This document shows positions 30,465 through 38,833 of a DNA stretch of 64,000 nucleotides, in pieces (positions within the stretch are counted from its first letter, which is position 1; the number at the start of each line of letters is the position of its first letter). The notes below the pieces were generated by a model. That model searched no databases and had not been told where the DNA came from. It saw nothing but the letters and a program-made list of their open reading frames with translations. The DNA comes from Patescibacteria group bacterium. GTDB lineage: Bacteria > Patescibacteriota > UBA1384 > XYA2-FULL-43-10 > 1-14-0-10-43-13. The stretch spans positions 70,177 to 134,176 of the forward strand of contig JBAYVE010000001.1 in the NCBI GenBank assembly GCA_041674765.1, read 5' to 3'. A program made the position numbers and the translations under genes.

Positions 30465-31715
30465 ATGAAGACACCTGGCAAAATCTCTTTGTTTCTAATC
30501 ATTTCGGCGGTTTTTTTATTCCCGTTTTATTTTTTTCGTTTTGATATTCTTGGAATCCCAACTAATATTTTTGAAATTGCAGTTGCTCTCTCAGTCCTTT
30601 CTATTTTTTATTTTGTATTTTCTGCAAAAAGAAAACTTAAATTTGGCCCACTTTGGCCGTATTTCATCTTGCTAGCTGCTTTTCTCTCGGTTTTTCTTTC
30701 GATCGATGAGGCGACTGCTTTAGGCATTTTCAAGGGCTGGTTTGCGATACCTTTCCTTCTCTATTTCTCGATAATTAATATATTCACTGAAAAAAATATC
30801 TCAAAATTAATTTTTCCTTTGTATATATCCTCTCTGTTGGTTGCTCTCTGGACGGTAGCGCAGAAAGCCTCTATTGTCGGTACCTTGTTTTATCAAAAAG
30901 GAGACAACACCTTCGGCCAGTATCTGGAACAAGGACGAACTTTTGGTCCATTTGAATCCCCAAACTTTCTGGCGATGTTTTTAGTACCGGCATTTTTTCT
31001 CTCTATAATTATATGGCCTTTATTGGTAAGCAAATTTGTGAAAATATGTTTTTTGGTATCGTTGGCTTTACCGCTGACTGCGCTTTATTTCTCACAGTCA
31101 AAAGCCGGTATTCTGGCGCTAGTATTTAGTGTAATCTTCGCCATACTTATAATTATTCGAGGTAGGGCTGACAATTCGCGTTCCAAGGCTTCTTTCAAGA
31201 CGAAATCAATCTTTCTCTTGCCTATTCTAGCTTCAATTATTTTTGCTTTCCTTGCATATACAAAGATCGATCTAAACTCAGGTAGCAACAACGTCCGAAA
31301 AGAAATTTATAGTTATTCATGGCAGATGGCCGGGGGAAGTCCGATAAAGGGAATAGGTTTGGGCTCATTTCAGGATGAGATTGCAAGTCTCTCTTCAACA
31401 AATGAGTCGTTTAAACTATACGGCCTGCCATATGCACTGCACCCCCATAATATATTTTTGGCCTTTTGGCTTTACCTCGGTGCTCTTGGTATATTAGCAT
31501 TTTTGTCTGTTCTCGCCTGGTATTACTGTAATTTATTTAAGATCAAGGATTACTTTGTTAAAGCTTTGCTTTTTGCCGGCATGACAGCAGTTTTGATTCA
31601 TGGGTTGTTTGATACTACTTATTTTAAGAATGATCTATCGGCTCTGTTTTGGCTACTCTTGGCTTTGACTTTTATTTACCGGAAGGATGATGGGAAAGAT
31701 TTGGCAAAAAGTTAA
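30465..31715 (+). CDS. O-antigen ligase / Wzy-like family membrane protein (paralog 2)
   Basis: 416 aa. Same architecture (FSQSKAGILALVFSVIFAILI). Starts 1 nt after paralog 1. Confidence 0.55.
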   Translation: MKTPGKISLFLIISAVFLFPFYFFRFDILGIPTNIFEIAVALSVLSIFYFVFSAKRKLKFGPLWPYFILLAAFLSVFLSIDEATALGIFKGWFAIPFLLYFSIINIFTEKNISKLIFPLYISSLLVALWTVAQKASIVGTLFYQKGDNTFGQYLEQGRTFGPFESPNFLAMFLVPAFFLSIIIWPLLVSKFVKICFLVSLALPLTALYFSQSKAGILALVFSVIFAILIIIRGRADNSRSKASFKTKSIFLLPILASIIFAFLAYTKIDLNSGSNNVRKEIYSYSWQMAGGSPIKGIGLGSFQDEIASLSSTNESFKLYGLPYALHPHNIFLAFWLYLGALGILAFLSVLAWYYCNLFKIKDYFVKALLFAGMTAVLIHGLFDTTYFKNDLSALFWLLLALTFIYRKDDGKDLAKS

Positions 31716-32943
31716 TTTCTATTTTCTGCTCACATTGATCGTTTACATGCCCCTTCAGTTTTTCCTGGATCAGTTTTTGCACTCTCGGACAGAATTGGCC
31801 GATAGTACGATATTCTGGAGTACTCACTGGTATGAGCCTTTTCTTATAATTTTTTTCCTCATTACCGCCCTGAAGGCTGTCATCGAAAAAAAGGTAAGGT
31901 TGCCTCTACTTATGATTAGCTTGGTGGTCTTATTTGGCTTGGTCTCAGTCCTTCTTCTGTCTCCTGATATCGGTAGGGGTCTTGAGGGCTTTCGTTTCTC
32001 TCTCTTGGCACTTCTTTTCTTGGGAATCGGGGTCAATCTCGACCTGTCTGCTAGAAGCAAAACCAGTCTAATCAATACATACCTTATTTCTGCTTTTCTG
32101 ATGGCCGGATTGGCGCTAGTAGAGAGATTCCTGCCATACTATTACTGGAGCGGCGCCGGCTTATTAGATATCTCTCAAAGTTTCGGTTGGGGCTTTTTCG
32201 ACATTGGCAAGAAAATTTACCAGAGTTCTTCTTTGATAGGAGCTCCAAATCAGCTTGGAAGCTATCTTTTGCCGGCACTTTTCCTACTTCTGTTTCGAAT
32301 AAAACAGATAAATATCCGATCCGCGTTCTACATTCTACTGTCTATTCTTCTAGCCTTGGCTATTTTGTTGACCTTTTCTAGATCGGCTCTTGTGGCGTTG
32401 GTAGTTGGCCTTTTGATTTTCATCTTTTTCTTCATAAAAAATCTAAGAATACTGAGTTGGTTTTTGTCCATACTTTGCGTCTTTATAGTGATAGTAGCCC
32501 TTTCATTTTCCAGGAGCGAAAACATCAGAAATCTAATTACACATGACGGGGATACGGGCCATTTAAATTCATTCAATATCACCCTGAACGAAATTAAAAA
32601 TCGGTATGACAACGATAAAGTCAAATTTGCATTTGGCTCTGGTCTAGGCACAGCCGGGCCAGCATCCGTAAAGTACGGTGATGGCATCACCTCGGAATCA
32701 TGGTATTTGCAGTTTGCGTTAGAGCTTGGAGCCCTCGGCCTATTACTCTGGCTCGGACTTACCGGATATCTGCTTTTGGAGTTATTCAAGATTCAGAAGG
32801 CATTATTCCTTGGCCTAGTCTCAGTCTCTGTTTGTGCGCTCTTTTTGCATACTTTTGCCGATAATCCGGCGATAGCTTATACTATATTTATTCTGATCGG
32901 AGTTAGTTTAAACAAGGAACAATATGGCAAGAATATTAATTGA
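31687..32943 (+). CDS. O-antigen ligase / Wzy-like family membrane protein (paralog 3)
   Basis: 418 aa. Same architecture (LTFSRSALVALVVGLLIFIFF). Overlaps paralog 2 by 29 nt. Confidence 0.55.
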   Translation: MMGKIWQKVNFYFLLTLIVYMPLQFFLDQFLHSRTELADSTIFWSTHWYEPFLIIFFLITALKAVIEKKVRLPLLMISLVVLFGLVSVLLLSPDIGRGLEGFRFSLLALLFLGIGVNLDLSARSKTSLINTYLISAFLMAGLALVERFLPYYYWSGAGLLDISQSFGWGFFDIGKKIYQSSSLIGAPNQLGSYLLPALFLLLFRIKQINIRSAFYILLSILLALAILLTFSRSALVALVVGLLIFIFFFIKNLRILSWFLSILCVFIVIVALSFSRSENIRNLITHDGDTGHLNSFNITLNEIKNRYDNDKVKFAFGSGLGTAGPASVKYGDGITSESWYLQFALELGALGLLLWLGLTGYLLLELFKIQKALFLGLVSVSVCALFLHTFADNPAIAYTIFILIGVSLNKEQYGKNIN

Positions 32944-34129
32944 CGGCAGATTTGTCGGGGTAGGAGACTCCCAGACAAGGGTTGTGATGCAGAACCTCCG
33001 GGAGATTTTGAAGCTGGATCGGGAGAACAAATATACTCTCTTAATCCGGCCACAAGGCATTAAGGAAGTTGGGCGATATTTTGGAATTGGTGAATTGGAT
33101 ATTAATAAATTGATTAGAAATTCGGAATTAGAAATTAAAAATTTATGCGTAAGTATTTTAGACGTTCCCCATTATTCGAAGGACGAACAAATTAAACTTT
33201 TGTCTCATTTAAATAAGGAAAAATTTGATCTTGTTCACTTTACTCAGTTCAACCATCCGATTTTGTATCGCGGTCGTTATATTGTGACTATCCAGGATCT
33301 AACCTTGATTGGGCACTTGCATTACTTTAATTTTATAAAGCAGCTAGCCTTTAATATGGTGATGAAGTCTGCGATCAGAGACTCAACCAAAATAATTTCT
33401 ATTTCGAAGGTTACAACTGAGGATATCCTTGATTTTGTCGATATTGAACCAAAAAAAATCAGCCTGATTTATTGGGGCATAGATCATAATCTTTTCAATC
33501 TCAAGGCAAAAGATAAATCAAAGATTGAACAATTCAAGAAAAAATATGGAATAAAAGACGAATATTTTCTTTACACCGGTGCCTGGAAAAAGCACAAAAA
33601 TCTTGTCCGGATGCTTCAGGCCTATGAGCAATATTATCAAAAGTCAAAAGTCAAAAAAGAAAATCCTATACAATTAGTTTTGGTGGGTAAAATAGATAAA
33701 AATGAGCCGGAGGTAGTTGCTGAAATCGAAAGAATTAATAAAGATCTTTCTGCTCTCCATGGTCTACCTTCTGCTATTATAGCGACCGGATTTATTGAAG
33801 ACTTTGAGTTGCCGACAGCTTATGCCGGCGCCCTTTGTTATGTGATCCCTTCATTGAATGAAGGCTTTGGCTGGCCGCCGCTTGAAGCAATGGCCTGCGG
33901 CACTCCGGTAATTTCTTCCAATGTTTCCTGTATGCCGGAGATTCAGGGTAATGCATCGTTCTATTTTGATCCATATAGCATCGACGAGATCGCAAAGGCA
34001 ATGGAAAAAGTGGCCGCTAATCCCAGATTACAAGCAGAATTGAGAGAAAAAGGTTTGAAGCAGGTTCAAAAGTATCATTGGGAAGACACTGCGAAGAAGA
34101 CGCTGGAGGTTTACAAGAGCTTGATTTAA
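32924..34129 (+). CDS. Glycosyltransferase family 4 (GT1 fold)
   Basis: [34 protein letters not shown]...FDP (EX7E region). Confidence 0.8.
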   Translation: MARILIDGRFVGVGDSQTRVVMQNLREILKLDRENKYTLLIRPQGIKEVGRYFGIGELDINKLIRNSELEIKNLCVSILDVPHYSKDEQIKLLSHLNKEKFDLVHFTQFNHPILYRGRYIVTIQDLTLIGHLHYFNFIKQLAFNMVMKSAIRDSTKIISISKVTTEDILDFVDIEPKKISLIYWGIDHNLFNLKAKDKSKIEQFKKKYGIKDEYFLYTGAWKKHKNLVRMLQAYEQYYQKSKVKKENPIQLVLVGKIDKNEPEVVAEIERINKDLSALHGLPSAIIATGFIEDFELPTAYAGALCYVIPSLNEGFGWPPLEAMACGTPVISSNVSCMPEIQGNASFYFDPYSIDEIAKAMEKVAANPRLQAELREKGLKQVQKYHWEDTAKKTLEVYKSLI

Positions 34130-34205
34130 TATATATTTATAAAAACAAATAGATTTCTGTTGTATTAAAAGAACAAAACTAACAAAATATTAACTTGGAG
34201 AGATT

Positions 34206-34754
34206 ATGGATGAGAGAAGCGTTCGACCAACCGATGGGGGTGTACCGGCAGTCCCAGGATCAGATGAGCCTGTGGTAGAATCGCCTGCGCCTGAAGTGCA
34301 AGCAGCGCCAGAGATAACAGTATCAGAGAGCGTTGCATCGCCAACTGGCGAGGATGCCAAAGAAGAGCCGCTTTTTCCCGCTGAATTTTCTGATGCTTTT
34401 CAATTAAGATTTTTTTCTCTTCCTGCAAAGCTTCAAGAATACGCTGAAGCAGGGGAATTAGAGAATTTTATGAAAACTAGAGCTAGATTTTTAACAAAGC
34501 TTTATGAAAAAGTTCCTCAGGGCTTGTTGGATTCAACTTTCTCAGCAAAATTTAATGATGCTATGAATAAAACTACCGGTCTTCCCGGTACTTATTCATT
34601 CGAACATGAACTTCAACCAACCGATGACAAAGAGGCTATCTTGGGAATTTACCACCAACTTAATGAAGCATGGAAAAATGACTATCTAGAAGTGAACGCC
34701 GGTGAGAACGATGGGAAAATAACAGTAGTCATAAAAGTGTTTGATGCAAAATAA
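34206..34754 (+). CDS. Hypothetical acidic protein; the N-terminal ~60 aa are Pro/Ala/Glu/Val-rich and locally GC-rich
   Basis: ORF with an upstream RBS-like GGAGAG. No motif recognised. Confidence 0.3.
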   Translation: MDERSVRPTDGGVPAVPGSDEPVVESPAPEVQAAPEITVSESVASPTGEDAKEEPLFPAEFSDAFQLRFFSLPAKLQEYAEAGELENFMKTRARFLTKLYEKVPQGLLDSTFSAKFNDAMNKTTGLPGTYSFEHELQPTDDKEAILGIYHQLNEAWKNDYLEVNAGENDGKITVVIKVFDAK

Positions 34755-34781
34755 TCGGTTAAGTTGCTAATTATAAAAGAT

Positions 34782-34805
34782 GACCCCGGCTCGCTGGCCG
34801 GGGTC
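34782..34805 (+). terminator. GC-rich hairpin (GACCCCGGC-tcgctg-GCCGGGGTC) downstream of 34206..34754
   Basis: Perfect 9-bp inverted repeat followed by TTTGCGTTGTGT. Confidence 0.5.
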
Positions 34806-34832
34806 TTTGCGTTGTGTATGTCCGCCTGTGTG

Positions 34833-35372
34833 TCATAGCGGACTGTTTGGGGAATAGGTGACGAATGATCGACTTGCGATCGTGGTCACGCCGCTGATGG
34901 TGATGTCGGCTTGGACCATGAACGTCTCAAGTGGACGTTCGTGTTCGATTCGGCGGAAGAAATTGCTCCCAACCAGGGGGTTGGGATCAGGCCAGCCGAC
35001 GAAATCGGTCCCGGGATTGGGGACGATTTCCAGGTCGACAAAGTCGATTGGCTCGAAATTGCTCATTCCTTGGGGGCGGCGGTAGAACTGCACGTTGTCG
35101 ACGATCGAATTGGGGATTGTAGCCCCGGTCGATATATCAACAACGGCAATATCGAATTGCACGCCCGGCGTAATCGTCTGAACCTCGCCAGCCGGAATGG
35201 TCGTGACTGGCAGGTCGTTTGGAAACCGCCACTCACGCAGCATAATAGTCGCATCGGCGATATCCCCACCGGGGACGTTGATGTCATTGCCGCTGCTGTC
35301 ATTGCAGCCGACGAACACCGTGCCGGCAACGAGCATTACCAGGCCGAGAACGAGAAGTGAAATCCCTCTCAT
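34833..35372 (-). CDS. Putative lipoprotein in GC-rich islet (signal MRGISLLVLGLVMLVAGTVFVGC)
   Basis: Start trimmed to the internal ATG preceding a lipoprotein-type signal with a VGC lipobox. Coding GC is far above the window average. The many overlapping ORFs in other frames are treated as high-GC shadows. Confidence 0.45.
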   Translation of the reverse strand: MRGISLLVLGLVMLVAGTVFVGCNDSSGNDINVPGGDIADATIMLREWRFPNDLPVTTIPAGEVQTITPGVQFDIAVVDISTGATIPNSIVDNVQFYRRPQGMSNFEPIDFVDLEIVPNPGTDFVGWPDPNPLVGSNFFRRIEHERPLETFMVQADITISGVTTIASRSFVTYSPNSPL

Positions 35373-35504
35373 AGTGAACCCTCCTTCTACTACCGGTATA
35401 GAAACCTCCGGTAAGATAGTTAGCACATTCTATGAATAAAATAGTTTAATTTCTTTGGGAGCTATTACTAAAAAACAAAGATAAAATTGGTTATTTCTAC
35501 GAAT

Positions 35505-35536
35505 GAACCCCGACTGCCACAGGGGCAGTCGGGGTT
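35505..35536 (-). terminator. GC-rich hairpin (GAACCCCGACTGCC-acagg-GGCAGTCGGGGTTC) downstream of lipoprotein gene 35565..36011
   Basis: Perfect 14-bp inverted repeat in the intergenic gap of the minus-strand pair. Confidence 0.5.
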
Positions 35537-35564
35537 CACGTATATAGAGGTTGAATTGGAAGGA

Positions 35565-36011
35565 TTATCCTCCCTTTCCAGCCTCAAGTTGGACAGAGGC
35601 GTGGCCCACTTGATTCTGGCCGGCGTAAGCGTCGACTGTTATCAGGTGGAAGCCGTAGGTATTCAGCGGGATGCGGACATGCCCGTCGATTTCTGCCTCT
35701 CCGCCTTTTGAGTTGGCCACAGAGGGCTGCACGGCTCCGTTGACACTATGAGTAACCTCATAGCGCAGACCGGCCGGAGCAGCTGGGGTCCAGACGAAAT
35801 TCACTTGGGCTGTTTCACCCAGGTTGAATTCATATCGCTGGACTCCCTCGGCAGTGATGCCGAGGTGGTACGGTCCGGTGCCATCAAGGTTGACGGCAGC
35901 CAGGCGGAGTTCTGACTCCGGCAGGCCGGCACTATCCCCGCTGCAGCCGGTCAGACCGACTACAAGTACTATGAGCGCCAACGTGGCGCAGATCATGGTG
36001 AGAGTTCGCAT
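35565..36011 (-). CDS. Putative lipoprotein in GC-rich islet (signal MRTLTMICATLALIVLVVGLTGC)
   Basis: Classic lipobox LTGC after a basic n-region and hydrophobic core. High-GC codon usage. Confidence 0.5.
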   Translation of the reverse strand: MRTLTMICATLALIVLVVGLTGCSGDSAGLPESELRLAAVNLDGTGPYHLGITAEGVQRYEFNLGETAQVNFVWTPAAPAGLRYEVTHSVNGAVQPSVANSKGGEAEIDGHVRIPLNTYGFHLITVDAYAGQNQVGHASVQLEAGKGG

Positions 36012-36140
36012 GGTTTCTCCTTTTTGTTTCCAAGTCCTCTTAGCAAAAAATTGCCTCGAACTTGGAGCAACATATTATAATTATAGCACTAATTTGCTAA
36101 AATGTCAATAAAGGCGAGTGGCTGGTTGTTGTATTATTGA

Positions 36141-36278
36141 ACTTTGGCTCTCCTTGTGGTAACTTTAGGTCAGTTAGAAAGTTTGTAAAGTTCTTAAAGT
36201 TTATAAAGTTACCTTGTACTTTATGAACTTTTTACTTTATGAACTTTATGATCTTATTTTCTTTTAACTTTATAAACT
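36141..36278. repeat. Array of TAAAGTT units (x4) followed by inverted AACTTTATGA units (x3-4) and a terminal AACTTTATAAAC, upstream of hppA
   Basis: Seen in sequence: gaaagtttgtaaagttcttaaagtttataaagtt ... actttatgaactttttactttatgaactttatga ... aactttataaac. Confidence 0.6.
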
Positions 36279-36299
36279 ATTAATTTGGAGAAATTATCC

Positions 36300-38398
36300 A
36301 TGTACGCAATTTCGATCACAATTGCGCTAGTCGCAGCTGCAATTTCGATCATCTACGGCCTAATCCTTGTTCTTGCAGTGAACAAGAAAGATCCAGGCAA
36401 CAAGAAGATGGTTGATATTGCCAAAGCCATTCAAGATGGCGCCAAGGCGTTTCTAAATCGCCAGTACTCCACTGTCGGCGTCGTAGCCGCAGTTTTATTC
36501 GTAGTTTTGCTCTATGCTTTGGGCTGGAAGATCGCCGTCGGCTTCTTGGTTGGCGCTGTCTTTTCTGCTCTCGCCGGATATATTGGAATGAACGTTTCAG
36601 TTCGAGCCAATGTACGGACAGCTGAAGCAAGCCGAAAAGGCCTTCGTTTCGGTATGGATGTTGCATTTAAATCAGGGACTGTTACCGGCCTTTTGGTAGT
36701 CGGTCTTGGCCTTTTGGCTGTAGCCGGTTTCTATGCCATTTTTAAAGACATTGAAGCCTTGATCGGACTCGGTTTTGGCGGTTCTTTAATTTCAATTTTC
36801 GCCCGGCTTGGCGGCGGTATTTTTACCAAAGCTGCCGATGTTGGAGCTGATTTGGTTGGCAAAGTCGAAGCGGGAATTCCCGAAGATGATCCAAGAAACC
36901 CAGCTGTAATTGCGGATAACGTTGGTGATAATGTTGGCGACTGTGCCGGTATGGCTGCCGATCTTTTCGAAACCTATTCCGTAACTGCTGTAGCCACAAT
37001 GCTTTTGGGCAGTCTCTTCTTTGCTAACTTTGAAAACGCAGTCTTGTTCCCATTGGTACTTGGTGCTGCCTCAATTATTACCTCTATTATCGGTAGCTGG
37101 TTCGTAGATTGGGCAAGAAATCCAAGAATATTATGGGCGCACTTTACAGAGGTTTGATCGTCGCCGGTGTGCTTGCTGCTATTGCTTTCTACTTCATTAC
37201 CGAATGGTTGATGAAGGACAATGGTCAGTATTCGACCTTAAATATTTACTTTGCTTCGTTGATCGGTTTGGCAGTAACTGCACTTATGTGCATCATTACA
37301 GAGTATTTCACTTCTACTAAATTCCAACCGGTTAAATCAATCGCAGAAAGTTCTGCTACCGGTCATGGTACGAATATCATTACCGGTTTGGCCGTCTCAA
37401 TGAGATCGACCGCAATGCCGGTAATCGTCATCGGCGCAGCTATATTGGGCGCTTATTCTCTCGCCGGCCTTTATGGCGTTGCGATTGCTGCAATGGCTAT
37501 GCTTTCGATGGCTGGTATTATCGTCGCTATCGATGCTTTTGGCCCAGTCGTTGATAATGCCGGCGGAATCGCCGAAATGGCCGAACTTCCGGCTGATGTT
37601 CGGGTTCATACTGATGCTCTTGACGCTGTTGGCAATACAACAAAAGCTGTGACCAAAGGCTATGCTATCGGTTCTGCTGCTTTGGCTGCAATGGTTCTTT
37701 TCGCGGATTATACACACAAGCTTGGTAACGGCTATAAATTTGAGTTGACAGATCCGATGGTTATCGTCGGTCTTTTCTTGGGCGGCCTTCTTCCGTATTA
37801 CTTCGGCTCCCTTGCTATGGAAGCGGTCGGCAAAGCGGCTGGTGCTGTTGTGACTGAAGTTCGCAGACAATTCAAGGAGATCAAAGGTATTATGGAGGGC
37901 AAGGCCAAACCAGATTATGGCAAGGCTGTCGATATTGTCACCAAGTCAGCAATCCACGAAATGATTCTCCCTGCTGCGATTACAGTTGCTGCTCCATTGC
38001 TCGTCGGTTTCTTGCTTGGTCCAGTTGCCCTCGGCGGATTTTTGATCGGTACAATTATCACAGGTTTGTTTGTCGCAATCTCGATGACTTCTGGCGGCGG
38101 CGCTTGGGACAACGCCAAGAAATATATTGAGGAAGGTAATTTTGGCGGTAAAGGCTCGATCGCTCATCAGGCTGCCGTTACCGGAGACACTGTCGGCGAT
38201 CCTTACAAAGATACTGCCGGTCCGGCTATCAATCCGATTATCAAGGTTGTAAATATCATCGCTCTTCTGATCGCAACAACTCTGATCGAAGTTGAGATCA
38301 CAAATACTACCAAAATAATCATCGTCGCTGTCCTAGTTCTAGGAATCGCAGCATGGGTACTCCTGGGTTCGAAGAAAAGCACAAAACTGGTTAAGTAG
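36300..38398 (+). CDS. hppA: H+(or Na+)-translocating membrane pyrophosphatase (V-PPase), interrupted by a frameshift near 37110-37125
   Basis: [55 protein letters not shown] is the V-PPase signature. The ORF track splits the gene into 36285..37157 and 37109..38398 with a 49-nt overlap at a GGG run. An ATG at 36300 with GGAG 9 nt upstream is the likely start. Confidence 0.8.
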
Positions 38399-38461
38399 TT
38401 GAGATAATGCCTCGCACCAGCGGGGCATCTCTTAAAGGCTTAAGGTTGGAGTTAAAGAAAT

Positions 38462-38695
38462 TTGAAAATAGATAAGAATATTGTCAAAACAAATTTTATT
38501 CTCAATCGGTTTCAAAACGACAAGCCGATTCTAATTGGCGATGACGACAAGGAAGTTCTTTTAGATAAGTCATTACTGCCCAAAGACGCAAAAGAGGGCA
38601 GCAATTTGGTTTTGACAATTGCGACTGAAGAAGCGGAGAATAAGATCCAAAATCAAAAAGCTAAAGATATATTGAATGAAATTTTGAAGGCCTAG
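38462..38695 (+). CDS. Small hypothetical protein (77 aa)
   Basis: ORF only; KE-rich. Confidence 0.3.
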   Translation: MKIDKNIVKTNFILNRFQNDKPILIGDDDKEVLLDKSLLPKDAKEGSNLVLTIATEEAENKIQNQKAKDILNEILKA

Positions 38696-38707
38696 GATTC
38701 TTTTAGC

Positions 38708-38782
38708 GATGTCATCCTGAGCTTGTCGAAGGATCTCTCATAGAAGATCTCTCGGCTGATTCATGTCGCTCGAGATGACAGA
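38708..38782. repeat. REP-like palindromic element (arms GTCATCCTGAGC / GCTCGAGATGAC, core CTGAGCTTGTCGAAGGATCTCT)
   Basis: Inverted-repeat arms seen directly. Shares its core with the element at 50886..50954. Confidence 0.55.
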
Positions 38783-38833
38783 ACACAGTATTTTATCAAT
38801 GAACTCGATATTCAATTATGATAATATTTTTAT

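Noticed and set aside
34858-36111. Multiple overlapping ORFs in all frames within the GC-rich islet (34858..35085, 34911..35360, 34931..35122, 35063..35329, 35197..35439, 35487..35711, 35824..36111)
   Set aside because: High GC suppresses stop codons in all frames. Only the two minus-strand ORFs with lipoprotein signal peptides and hairpin terminators look genuine.
36285-38398. Annotating the two hppA ORFs as separate genes
   Set aside because: Together they reconstitute one V-PPase with contiguous signature blocks. The junction is a 49-nt overlap at a GGG homopolymer, so they are treated as one frameshifted gene.
38407-38428. Hairpin ATGCCTCGC-acca-GCGGGGCAT after hppA as an intrinsic terminator
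   Set aside because: The stem is good (one G-U pair), but it is not followed by a T-run, so it is left as a possible RNA-stability element only.
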